Of a DNA stretch of 64,000 nt, positions 8,880 through 17,549 are shown in pieces. The position numbers were made by a program, and so were the translations under genes. Under the pieces are notes generated by a model. It did not search any database and was not told the origin of the DNA. It saw only the letters and a program-made list of their open reading frames with translations. Source of the DNA: Oscillospiraceae bacterium (GTDB taxonomy: Bacteria; Bacillota; Clostridia; Oscillospirales; CAG-382); contig SVRW01000010.1 in NCBI GenBank assembly GCA_015064625.1, positions 5,136-69,135 of the forward strand. Direction: 5' to 3'. Position 1 is the stretch's first letter, and each line of letters begins with the position of its first letter.

Positions 8880-9968
8880 TCATTTTTCAGTATATTCTTT
8901 TTTCAAAGCTACAGTAAACGAAGTGAATCCGTTTTCACTTTCAACGAAAAGTTTTCCATCATGAAGGTCAACTATCTTTTTCACAATGGCAAGTCCTACG
9001 CCGTTTCCTTGGGATGCATGAGACTTATCCGTCTGATAAAACTTTCTGAATATATTTGCTTGTTCTTCTTTTGGAATAACAATTCCTTCGTTTGTGACTT
9101 TAACGATAATTCCTTTTTCTTTTTCTTCCATAAATATGTAAACTGTTGAACAGTCATTGGAAAACTTAATGGCGTTATCTAAAATATTTATCCATACCTG
9201 CTTTAACATTTCCTCGTTTGCAACTGTGTAAATTTCTGGAAAGTCAAGATCGAATTCAATATTTTTATTTACCCATTTGCTTTCAAGCAGTAAAACGCAA
9301 TGTCTTATCTGTTCGGAAAGATTAAATTGGTTAACTTCTGAAAGAATAGTCTGATTTTCAATTTTAGTGAGGTTGAGAACCTTTGTTGCCATGTCCGAAA
9401 GTCTCATGGATTCTTCTTCAATTATTCCTATGTACTCTGATTTTTGACTTTCCGTCAGATTACCGTTTTTAAGAAGCTTGGCAAATCCCGCAATGGAAAC
9501 TATTGGGGTTTTGAATTCATGGGAAAAATTGTTTATAAAATCCGTTCGCAACATTTCCGTGTTTTCAAGCTCAATAGCCATTTTGTTGAAGCTTTCCGTC
9601 ACTTCGTCCAAAGCAGGTATGGTTCTTGCGACTTTTCCAAAATCAAGTCTTGCTTTGAAATCTCCCGATGCGAGTCTGTTCATAAGTGAAATGATTTTGT
9701 TGAAGGGCTTAAGAGGAAATCTTACCAGAAGCATTGATATTCCGAATCCAATCAGAAGGCTTATAAAAGTAACGTACAAAAGAAGAGGAGTTATCTCAAA
9801 GGCATCGCCTTCGTATGTGGGTATTGCTTCAAGCCATACGAGCAAATAGATTATTCCGATTGTAAGCCCGATTGCTATAAAAAGAATAATAAATATGACA
9901 AGGGAAAACATTAAAGTCAGGGAAACACGGCTTAACCTGTCTTTCCTTTTGTCTTTTGATTTTTTCAT
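8880..9968 (-). CDS. Sensor histidine kinase (short extracellular loop, intramembrane-sensing type)
   Basis: 362 aa. Two TM helices separated by ~12 residues, HAMP-like linker, H-box FSHEFKTP, N-box ILDNAIKF, G-box GNGVGLAIV. 4-nt overlap with the response regulator gene. Confidence 0.85.
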   Translation of the reverse strand: MKKSKDKRKDRLSRVSLTLMFSLVIFIILFIAIGLTIGIIYLLVWLEAIPTYEGDAFEITPLLLYVTFISLLIGFGISMLLVRFPLKPFNKIISLMNRLASGDFKARLDFGKVARTIPALDEVTESFNKMAIELENTEMLRTDFINNFSHEFKTPIVSIAGFAKLLKNGNLTESQKSEYIGIIEEESMRLSDMATKVLNLTKIENQTILSEVNQFNLSEQIRHCVLLLESKWVNKNIEFDLDFPEIYTVANEEMLKQVWINILDNAIKFSNDCSTVYIFMEEKEKGIIVKVTNEGIVIPKEEQANIFRKFYQTDKSHASQGNGVGLAIVKKIVDLHDGKLFVESENGFTSFTVALKKEYTEK

Positions 9969-10639
9969 ATTTTTTTAACCGCCTTATACCCAAGACCTCT
10001 TACGGATTCAATCTGAAACTCATTCCAGTTTTCAAAACGCTTTCTGAGTCTTCCTATGTGGACTGTAACCGTTTCCCATCCGGTTTCGCTTTCTGCACCC
10101 CAGATTTCATCCATGAGCTGAATACGTGTGAATATTTTCCCAGGATAGGAGAGGAGCTTGTATAAAAGTAAAAATTCCTTTTGTGGCAGCTCCTGAACCT
10201 CGTTTTTTCTTGACACTGTGAAAGAATCGTAATCGAGAATAACGTCACCAATAACTATTTTTCGCTCACTTGCAATTTTGGCTCGTCTGAGTAAAGCTTT
10301 GATTCTGAGAAGCATTTCTATTTCATCAATGGGCTTTGTCATATAATCATCTGTTCCAACGAGAAATCCCTTCTGCTTGTCTGCGGGAAGCTGTTTTGCG
10401 GAAACCATAAGAATAGGTAACGTTTCGTTGCTTTCACGGATTATTTTAGTAAATTCATATCCGTCCATGAGGGGCATCATAACGTCCAAGACAACAAGGT
10501 CTATATGCTTTGAGTCGAGCACGTCCAAAGCGTCTTCACCATTTATAGCGGTGAAAACCGTATATTTTTCATTTTCAAGCACGGCTTTGATAAGCTGTCT
10601 TGTGTTTTTATCGTCGTCAACGACAAGTATGTTAAACAT
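9965..10639 (-). CDS. OmpR-family response regulator
   Basis: 224 aa. Receiver domain (DLVVLDVMMP) plus winged-helix output (TVHIGRLRKRF...VRGLGYK). Confidence 0.9.
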   Translation of the reverse strand: MFNILVVDDDKNTRQLIKAVLENEKYTVFTAINGEDALDVLDSKHIDLVVLDVMMPLMDGYEFTKIIRESNETLPILMVSAKQLPADKQKGFLVGTDDYMTKPIDEIEMLLRIKALLRRAKIASERKIVIGDVILDYDSFTVSRKNEVQELPQKEFLLLYKLLSYPGKIFTRIQLMDEIWGAESETGWETVTVHIGRLRKRFENWNEFQIESVRGLGYKAVKKI

Positions 10640-10769
10640 AAAAGCCTCCGTATGATATAATACGTAGAGATGTTAAATGCTAACTCTCAACTGAAAATAA
10701 ATTATTGTAAAATGTATCAGTAAATAAAAAAAAGGATAATTATTCTTGAAAATTCGTGATAAATACACC

Positions 10770-10798
10770 TTGACGGTTTGATTTACAAATGATATAAT
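10770..10798 (+). promoter_or_regulatory. Sigma-A-type promoter for the permease gene
   Basis: TTGACG (10770-10775), 17-nt spacer, TATAAT (10793-10798). Confidence 0.5.
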
Positions 10799-10837
10799 TC
10801 ACGGCGGTTCAGAAAAATAATATATGAGGGATTAGAA

Positions 10838-11953
10838 ATGCATTATATTTTATCTTTTGCAAAAAAGAACGTTGTTATGACTGTTGCGTTTGTAGCAGCA
10901 GCGGTAACAAGCTTTATTGTTCCGCCGGACAAGGAATACGGAAGCTATTTCGATTTCAAAACGCTTACCTGCCTTTTTTGCGTTCTCGCCGTTGTCTGCG
11001 CTCTGAAAAACATAAATTTCTTTTATGTTCTTGCTGAAAAGATTGTTCAGCTGTTTAAGGATACGAGAACATGTGTTCTTGCATTGGTATACATAACGTT
11101 TATAGGCTCAATGCTTATTGCAAACGATATGGCACTTCTCACGTTTTTGCCCTTGGGATATTTCGTTCTTTCTACAACGGGAATGGAAAAATATATGGCA
11201 TTCACCTTTATAATGCAAAATATAGCTGCAAATTTAGGTGGAATGTTAACCCCTTTCGGAAATCCCCAAAATTTATATCTGTATACCAAATTCAATATCC
11301 CGAATCTTGATTTTATGGGAATAATGCTTGAACCTTTTGTCATTTCAATTATGCTTATAACCATTTGTTGCGTTATATTCGTAAAACGTGAGCCTTTATT
11401 CATTCAAGATGAAGAAATCCATCTTCCTAAAGGAAGAACTACTTTATATTTATCTCTTTTCGCTCTTTCTATAGCAATTGTTTTCCGCGGAATACCTTAT
11501 TGGATTGGACTTATCATAATTCCTGCTGTTTTGGTTTTTGTAGATAGGAAAGCGTTGGAAATGGTTGATTATCCCTTGCTTTTCACTTTTGTATTTTTCT
11601 TTATATTTTCGGGAAATATGGCAAGAATCGACGTAGTGAGAGAATTGCTTTCCTCCTTACTGGAAAAAAGCACTTTGCTTTTCAGCGTTATTTCATGTCA
11701 GTTTATAAGTAACGTTCCATCTGCCATATTGCTTTCTCAATTTACGTCTGATTATTCCGAGCTTCTGATTGGCGTCAATATCGGGGGCGTTGGAACATTG
11801 ATTTCATCTCTTGCAAGTTTAATCACTTTCAGCGAATACAGAAAGCATAACCCGAATAAAACGAAATATTACGTAAAAACCTTTTCAGCCTTTAATTTTG
11901 GATTTTTGTTCATACTAACAGGAATTATGCTTTTATCGGAAATGTTCTTTTAG
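10838..11953 (+). CDS. Polytopic anion/citrate-type permease (ArsB/NhaD/CitMHS-like superfamily)
   Basis: 371 aa, hydrophobic throughout with ~10 predicted TM segments. Family assignment is by overall resemblance only. Confidence 0.5.
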   Translation: MHYILSFAKKNVVMTVAFVAAAVTSFIVPPDKEYGSYFDFKTLTCLFCVLAVVCALKNINFFYVLAEKIVQLFKDTRTCVLALVYITFIGSMLIANDMALLTFLPLGYFVLSTTGMEKYMAFTFIMQNIAANLGGMLTPFGNPQNLYLYTKFNIPNLDFMGIMLEPFVISIMLITICCVIFVKREPLFIQDEEIHLPKGRTTLYLSLFALSIAIVFRGIPYWIGLIIIPAVLVFVDRKALEMVDYPLLFTFVFFFIFSGNMARIDVVRELLSSLLEKSTLLFSVISCQFISNVPSAILLSQFTSDYSELLIGVNIGGVGTLISSLASLITFSEYRKHNPNKTKYYVKTFSAFNFGFLFILTGIMLLSEMFF

Positions 11954-12672
11954 AATTTTGCTCTCAATTCAACGACCTTTCCAAGCAGTGTGACAGGGAA
12001 GCTTCTTATATCATCTCTTGAAAAATATTTTGGTTTGTATGCAGGATTGAGAGGTTGAAGAATAATTCCTTTTTCATCAATAATAATTTTTTTGATAGTT
12101 GCATCATTTTCACCAATGAGTGCAACTATTATATTTCCCGTATCAGCGGAGGATTGTTTTTTGACGATAACCGTATCGCCTTCCGTGAATCTGGGCTCCA
12201 TGGAATCACCTTTTACAATAAGACCAAAATATTCTCCGCTATTCATCATATCTTCTGTTATTTCTTCATACCCTATAACTTCTTCGTATGCCAGTGAAGG
12301 ATTACCGCCTCTGACGTATCCCAAAACAGGGATACGATTTTTTTTGCGCTCGTTTTTTTTGTTCTTTTCGCTGTGATAGAATTTTGCGAGATGAGGTGGA
12401 ACTCCGTTCTGTTCAATGAATTCAATTTTTTCTTCGCGAGTCAGGAGTCTGTCATATTCATCTTGCTTTTCTTCGTTCCATTCCGTTATACTCTGTACAA
12501 TAAGATTGATAGGCTCACTGAATATTTCAGAAAGAGTATTGAGTGTTTCGTAAAGAGGTAAACTGCTTTCATTTTCCCACATAGATATGGTAGTACGTGA
12601 AACGTTGAGCTTTTCCGCTAAATCGTTTTGACTAATATTTGCATTTTTTCTGAGCCATTTAAGATATATCAT
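11950..12672 (-). CDS. CI/LexA-like repressor: XRE HTH fused to an S24 self-cleaving peptidase domain
   Basis: 240 aa. N-terminal HTH (ISQNDLAEKLNVSRTTISMWE), and a C-terminal Ser/Lys dyad context (VKGDSMEP ... ATIKKI). Confidence 0.8.
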   Translation of the reverse strand: MIYLKWLRKNANISQNDLAEKLNVSRTTISMWENESSLPLYETLNTLSEIFSEPINLIVQSITEWNEEKQDEYDRLLTREEKIEFIEQNGVPPHLAKFYHSEKNKKNERKKNRIPVLGYVRGGNPSLAYEEVIGYEEITEDMMNSGEYFGLIVKGDSMEPRFTEGDTVIVKKQSSADTGNIIVALIGENDATIKKIIIDEKGIILQPLNPAYKPKYFSRDDIRSFPVTLLGKVVELRAKF

Positions 12673-12736
12673 TCTTAAACCTCCTATTTCACGGTTGTTT
12701 TTTCAACATTTTTTACCTTATTTCTTCATTGTTCAT

Positions 12737-12825
12737 ATTATAACGCCAAAATTCTTGTCTGTCAAGAGCGAATTTTAAAATATTTTGTCAATCATATTGA
12801 CTTTTGAATCGTATCGTGGTAAAAT
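12737..12825. promoter_or_regulatory. Divergent promoter pair with a palindrome over the rightward -35
   Basis: Leftward promoter: TTGACA (rc of 12760-12765), 17 nt, TATAAT (rc of 12737-12742). Rightward promoter: TTGACT (12797-12802), 17 nt, TGgTAAAAT (12817-12825). Perfect 6-3-6 palindrome GTCAAT-CAT-ATTGAC at 12787-12801. Confidence 0.5.
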
Positions 12826-12908
12826 ATGCAAAAGAATTGACAATGATGCAAAAGCCCCGTGCCGAAATGTCAATTTGTTTGTCGCTTCAACGAGGTAGGA
12901 GGTGTAAT

Positions 12909-13175
12909 ATGTTCAGAAAAAAGAGAGGGATAAACTTAAGTTATCCCATGCAAGGTTTTGTATGCTTTTCATGCCTTACATACGATGCGCAACCAAAAAC
13001 TGTGAAAAATAAAATAAATAAGCTTTGTGACGAAATAGGCGGGGAATTCAGAGATGCGCTGTTTGAATTTGTTACCACTGAAAAAACTGTTACAGAGATA
13101 AGCTTAAAGCACTATGTGTCGGAAACCAAGCTTTACAATATGAGAAAGAAGTTTTATGAATCATGGAGAATGTAA
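12909..13175 (+). CDS. Small hypothetical protein (88 aa) with a possible C-terminal HTH
   Basis: ATG at 12909 preceded by AGGAGGTG (the tracked ORF starts at 12804, inside the promoter region). The segment TVTEISLKHYVSETKLYNMRKKF looks HTH-like. No family recognised. Confidence 0.4.
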   Translation: MFRKKRGINLSYPMQGFVCFSCLTYDAQPKTVKNKINKLCDEIGGEFRDALFEFVTTEKTVTEISLKHYVSETKLYNMRKKFYESWRM

Positions 13176-13235
13176 AAGTGTTCGTAAGCATTTCATGGTA
13201 TCTTTAAAGTTGATCTGATTTCTGAAAATAAAAAT

Positions 13236-13263
13236 GCTCTGCCTTGAAAGGTGGAGCTTTTTT
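13236..13263. terminator. Bidirectional intrinsic terminator
   Basis: GCTCTGCC-TTGAAA-GGTGGAGC hairpin followed by TTTTTT and preceded by an A-run, between convergent genes. Confidence 0.65.
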
Positions 13264-13267
13264 AACG

Positions 13268-13747
13268 TTAATTCTTTTGAATCACTTCGAATAACTTTTC
13301 TGCGAGAATCTCTGCGGCATTTTCAACCAATTCAGCGCAAGGACGTTTTTTGTAATACTCCTGATTGCGTTCTGCAGGTGTGCCGTCCGTGGAATGCGGA
13401 ACGCTTGAAAGAAGCTCACGGCAGATGATACTTCCGTTTATTTCCTTGAATTTTTCTCCAAGAGATTTGGTTTCTTCGTAAACTCTTTTTTTATCTTCCT
13501 TATCCGTTGGAGATGAATATCCTGAAATAATGCCTTCGATTATAAGCATTCCGCTTACAGCACCGCAAACCTCGCGCATTTGTCCCATTCCTCCTCCGAA
13601 GGGAGAAGAAAGCTTGGACATCATTTCTTTATCAATATCGCAAAGGTCATAGAACGCCAAAGCGACTGATTGAGCGCAGTTAAAGCCCTGAAGAAAGTAA
13701 TCTTTAGCTATTTTTTTTCTTGAGGATATAAAATCATTTTTTGTCAT
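13268..13747 (-). CDS. C_GCAxxG_C_C family protein
   Basis: 159 aa. GFNCAQSVALAF near the N-terminus, a later CGAVSG, and C-terminal Cys residues. Confidence 0.7.
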   Translation of the reverse strand: MTKNDFISSRKKIAKDYFLQGFNCAQSVALAFYDLCDIDKEMMSKLSSPFGGGMGQMREVCGAVSGMLIIEGIISGYSSPTDKEDKKRVYEETKSLGEKFKEINGSIICRELLSSVPHSTDGTPAERNQEYYKKRPCAELVENAAEILAEKLFEVIQKN

Positions 13748-13931
13748 AGTACAATCTCCCTTTTTCTATAGTGTATAGAAGCAAAAATTTCATATAAAAA
13801 CATGGTGTACTCTATTATACTATTATATTTTCATAAATAAATCAAGAGTTATGCCAAAAAAACTTGATTTTTTTGAAAGGAAAGGATATAATCTTTAGTA
13901 GCATAAATAAAAATGAAACGGAATTTGTTTT

Positions 13932-14933
13932 ATGAAAAAAATATTGTTTGTATTTACGGGCGGTACTATAGGAAGCACAGTAAACGGTGAATACATCTGT
14001 ACAGATGATAATAAGCCTTATAAATTGATAGAGGGTTATAAAAAACGTTTCGGGGATCTTGGAGATTACGAAACAGTTTCTCCATATACACTCCTCAGTG
14101 AAAATCTTGACGGGGTTCACATTTGTAAGCTCATTTCAACCGTAAAGGAAAATCTCTTCAGCAATTATTCGGGGATAATAGTCACTCACGGAACAGACAC
14201 TTTGGCTTATTCTGCCGCAGCGTTAAGCTACGCATTGGGTGAAATACAAATTCCTGTATGCCTTGTATCTGCCAATTATCCTCTTGAGGATAAAAGGTCA
14301 AACGGATATAATAATCTCCACGGTGCGATTAGTTTTATAAAGAAAGTAGGAAAAGGCGGCGTATGGGTTTCTTATAAAAACGAAGGGGAACTCATAAAGA
14401 TTCATAAAGGTACGAGAATTTGCAACCCTTTGTGCTTTTCTGATTCTGTGTTCAGCGTAAAAAATTCATTCTATGGATATTTTGATAACAATGAGTTTAT
14501 ATTGAATAAAAACTATTCCGAAAAGACAGATGAATTTCATTTTGGCAATTTGTCAAAGCTCCTTGATGCGAAAAAAAGCATATTGAGAATTGAATCGTAC
14601 CCTGAAATGAAATATCCTGTGGTTGATTCAGACGTGAAATATATCCTTTTAGGGAGTTACCATTCGGGAACTACGAATACTGTTTCCAAGGAAGCTATGA
14701 CGTTTTTTGAAGATATGAAAAAAAGGGGAGTTACTATATTTATTACAGGTGTAGGCACGGAAATTCCATATGAAAGCACAAAGCTTTATGATACTTTAGG
14801 AATTGTTCCAATACATTGTATTTCTCCGATTTCAGCATATATAAAACTGTGGTTTCTTTGCAGTTTGTTTTCAGAAACAGAAAAAATAAAAAATCTAATT
14901 ATTAAATCTTTATGTGGAGATGTTACCGAGTAA
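13932..14933 (+). CDS. ansA: Type I L-asparaginase
   Basis: 333 aa. Catalytic motifs FTGGTIGS and THGTDTL. Confidence 0.8.
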   Translation: MKKILFVFTGGTIGSTVNGEYICTDDNKPYKLIEGYKKRFGDLGDYETVSPYTLLSENLDGVHICKLISTVKENLFSNYSGIIVTHGTDTLAYSAAALSYALGEIQIPVCLVSANYPLEDKRSNGYNNLHGAISFIKKVGKGGVWVSYKNEGELIKIHKGTRICNPLCFSDSVFSVKNSFYGYFDNNEFILNKNYSEKTDEFHFGNLSKLLDAKKSILRIESYPEMKYPVVDSDVKYILLGSYHSGTTNTVSKEAMTFFEDMKKRGVTIFITGVGTEIPYESTKLYDTLGIVPIHCISPISAYIKLWFLCSLFSETEKIKNLIIKSLCGDVTE

Positions 14934-15094
14934 TTGGAGAAAAAACAATAAAAAATAAGCAAAAAATCGGAAAGACCTGACTAAAAATCGGGTCTTTTAT
15001 TTTTTGCCCGAATAATTTGTTTTTTAAAAGGGGGATATGTGCATTTAAGTTGATTTTAAGGGCAAAAAAATATGAAAAACTTTTAAAAAAGCTA

Positions 15095-15123
15095 TTGACA
15101 TTTGGGATTGTACAATATATAAT
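15095..15123 (+). promoter_or_regulatory. Consensus sigma-A promoter of the dcw cluster
   Basis: TTGACA (15095-15100), 17-nt spacer, TATAAT (15118-15123), ~200 nt upstream of mraZ. Confidence 0.6.
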
Positions 15124-15320
15124 AAGAGTGCAAAGTGGCACTGGAGTTCAAGTAAAATACATGTAACTTAAAGTTTGGTGTAACCAAAGTGGTAAAATAA
15201 GGAAAAAATAAACCAAATTTTTCCGTTGCTTATAGATGTATGAATTCTTTTTCCACCATTTGACGAATTTTACAACAAGCGGTCGAATAAACGCAAATTT
15301 ACGGAGAGGAGAGTGACAAC

Positions 15321-15743
15321 GTGTTTTTTGGAACGTATGAACATAGTGTTGATTCCAAGGGCAGAGTTTTCTTGCCTATAAAGCTTACGTGTAAGCTAGG
15401 CGAAAATTTCGTAGTTACTCGAACTCTTTATGACTGCGTAAGCGTATACCGCCTTGAAGATTGGGAAAAATACGTAGAAAAGCTTGAAGCTCTTCCAAAT
15501 TATAAATATGCAAATCTGAAAAGACTTATATATTCAAGAACACAGGTTGCAAGCCTTGACTCTCAAGGCCGTTTGCTCATTCCCATTAAATTCAGAGATG
15601 ATATGAATCTGAAGGGTGATATTGTCGTTGTAGGAAATAATAACAGTATCGAGCTTTGGGCTAAAGATACCTGGACGTCTCTCGAAAAGCAGTATGAAGA
15701 AGAAATGGCAAATATTGAATTCGGTGAAGAGGTTGACTTGTAA
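15321..15743 (+). CDS. mraZ: Transcriptional regulator MraZ
   Basis: 140 aa, GTG start after GGAGAGGAG. Two SpoVT/AbrB-like halves with DSKGRVFLP and DSQGRLLIP. Confidence 0.95.
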   Translation: MFFGTYEHSVDSKGRVFLPIKLTCKLGENFVVTRTLYDCVSVYRLEDWEKYVEKLEALPNYKYANLKRLIYSRTQVASLDSQGRLLIPIKFRDDMNLKGDIVVVGNNNSIELWAKDTWTSLEKQYEEEMANIEFGEEVDL

Positions 15744-16666
15744 TGGAATTCAATCATTATTCTGTAATGCTTAAAGAAACCGTTGATGGAATGGAAATTT
15801 CCGAAGGCGGTGTTTACGTTGATTGCACTTTTGGCGGTGGAGGCCATAGTTCTCTTATACTTTCAAGAATAGGAAATGGAAAACTGTATGGCTTTGACAG
15901 AGATTCTGACGCTATAACCAATGGGCAGGAGAAATTTTCGGATGACCGACTTTGTCTGATTAACGAAAATTTTTCAAATGCATCCCGTGAGCTTAAAGAA
16001 CGGGGTGTTTTTCAGATAAACGGTGCCGTTATTGACCTTGGAGTTTCGTCTTATCAGCTTGATAATCCTGAAAGAGGTTTTTCATACAGATTTGATGCTC
16101 CTCTTGATATGAGAATGGACAGAAGGGAAAGCCTTACGGCATATGACGTTATAAACGGCTATTCCAAAAGTGAGCTTATCCGTATTTTTAAAGAATATGG
16201 TGAGGAGCGTTTTTCTCCTTTGTTTGCTTCAGTTATAGAAAAAACGAGAGAGAAAAAGCCAATTGAAACGACTCTTGAACTTTGTGAGCTTATAAGAAAT
16301 TCAGCTCCTGCGAAAAAACCTTCTGAAAAGATGGACTGCGTTAAACGTATTTTTCAAAGTGTAAGAATAGAAATAAACGCAGAGCTTAAGGTTATTGAAC
16401 AAGCATTGACTGATCTGATGGATATGACGGTAAGCGGTGGAAGAATCGCTGTAATTACGTTTCATTCATTGGAAGATAAAATAGTAAAAAGAACGTTTAA
16501 GAAATTTGAGAATCCTTGTGAATGTGATCCTCGTTATCCTTGCGTATGCGGTAAGGAAGCGGTTGGCAGGGTAATAACAAAAAAACCCCTGTTGCCCACG
16601 GAGGACGAGCTTTCGGAAAATAATCGCTCTCATAGTGCAAAGCTCAGAATATGTGAAAAGCTTTGA
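15743..16666 (+). CDS. rsmH: 16S rRNA (cytosine1402-N4)-methyltransferase RsmH
   Basis: 307 aa. SAM-binding YVDCTFGGGGHS and the ITFHSLEDK block. Position directly after mraZ. Confidence 0.95.
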   Translation: MEFNHYSVMLKETVDGMEISEGGVYVDCTFGGGGHSSLILSRIGNGKLYGFDRDSDAITNGQEKFSDDRLCLINENFSNASRELKERGVFQINGAVIDLGVSSYQLDNPERGFSYRFDAPLDMRMDRRESLTAYDVINGYSKSELIRIFKEYGEERFSPLFASVIEKTREKKPIETTLELCELIRNSAPAKKPSEKMDCVKRIFQSVRIEINAELKVIEQALTDLMDMTVSGGRIAVITFHSLEDKIVKRTFKKFENPCECDPRYPCVCGKEAVGRVITKKPLLPTEDELSENNRSHSAKLRICEKL

Positions 16667-16707
16667 CGCTTGAGGGATGAAGTTGAAAATCGGAGAAAGG
16701 AAAAACG

Positions 16708-17304
16708 ATGTCGGAAAATAAGAAAAACAAGAGAAAAACAGATGAAACGACTAATAAAAACGAAATAACCGTATCATCAGGGAAAAATGTAAAAAAAGGC
16801 GAATCCGGCATTTCCTTGATGAATCAGAGTGAATTTATAGAAAAGGAAACGAAACCGACTCTTCGCGGAATTTTTTCTGGCATAAGAGCTTTGAACAAAG
16901 AAGATGAAGTAACTGTTATAAACAGCAAAAAAACAAAAGGCTATGCGCCTACAGTTTTTGCAATAATTCTTTTTTCAGCTTTGCTTCTTACAAACGTTAT
17001 ATGCCAGATAACCCTTGATAATATAAGTAATGATATGGCAAGCATGAATAAGCAGCTTGCCGAATTCAAAGCGGCTGAAACCGTTTATTCTGAAAAGCTT
17101 GCTCAAAAGGACGAAGAAGTCCTTGAAAATCAGAAAGATTATATAGAAAATAATATGGGCATGGTAAAAGATGACCCTGAAAAAGTCTATGTAGAGCTTC
17201 AGTTAGACGATGAAATAACCGTTGTTGAAGTTGAGGAAGAAACAAACGGCTGGACAACTCTTCTTTCTGGTATGGGAAGATTTTTCAGCGATACATTCGG
17301 TTGA
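16708..17304 (+). CDS. ftsL: FtsL-like cell division membrane protein
   Basis: 198 aa. Single TM helix (VFAIILFSALLLTNVI) followed by a coiled-coil-like segment. The call rests mainly on its position between rsmH and the PBP gene. Confidence 0.5.
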   Translation: MSENKKNKRKTDETTNKNEITVSSGKNVKKGESGISLMNQSEFIEKETKPTLRGIFSGIRALNKEDEVTVINSKKTKGYAPTVFAIILFSALLLTNVICQITLDNISNDMASMNKQLAEFKAAETVYSEKLAQKDEEVLENQKDYIENNMGMVKDDPEKVYVELQLDDEITVVEVEEETNGWTTLLSGMGRFFSDTFG

Positions 17305-17549
17305 TAAACGAATTATAAAAAACTAAATATCCATGGAAGCCTGTCGGCGTTGGCTTGGTGTCTTTGGCTGATAACGTGTGACAGGCTTCAAAAAATATAA
17401 CGTATGTTTATACCCCGCATATTATGGGGATTATTGAATATATATATTTCAGAACTGTCTATTTTGAGAAATTCTCTCCCCACGGTTATAAATAATTTGT
17501 GGGGAATTTTGATTGTATTTTGAATTGGTCTTTTCATTGGTGAGTACGT

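Noticed and set aside
12755-12875. Five TTGACA/TGTCAA copies read as a multi-operator array
   Set aside because: This reading is only partly accepted. Two of the copies coincide with the -35 hexamers of the divergent promoters, so the count of true operator half-sites is overstated. Only the 6-3-6 palindrome and the 12836/12869 inverted pair are reported, and those tentatively.
12804-12908. Upstream 35 codons of tracked ORF 12804..13175
   Set aside because: This stretch contains the predicted promoter and leader. An internal ATG at 12909 has a strong AGGAGGTG RBS, so the short form is preferred.
11950-13175. Prophage or integrative element around the CI-like repressor
   Set aside because: There is no integrase, no structural or lysis gene, no att-like repeat and no tRNA flank in the window. 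The region is treated as an orphan regulatory pair only.
15236-15316. 26-codon ORF (MYEFFFHHLTNFTTSGRINANLRRGE) in the mraZ leader
   Set aside because: It has no RBS, overlaps the mraZ Shine-Dalgarno sequence and has no recognisable features. It is most likely a chance ORF.
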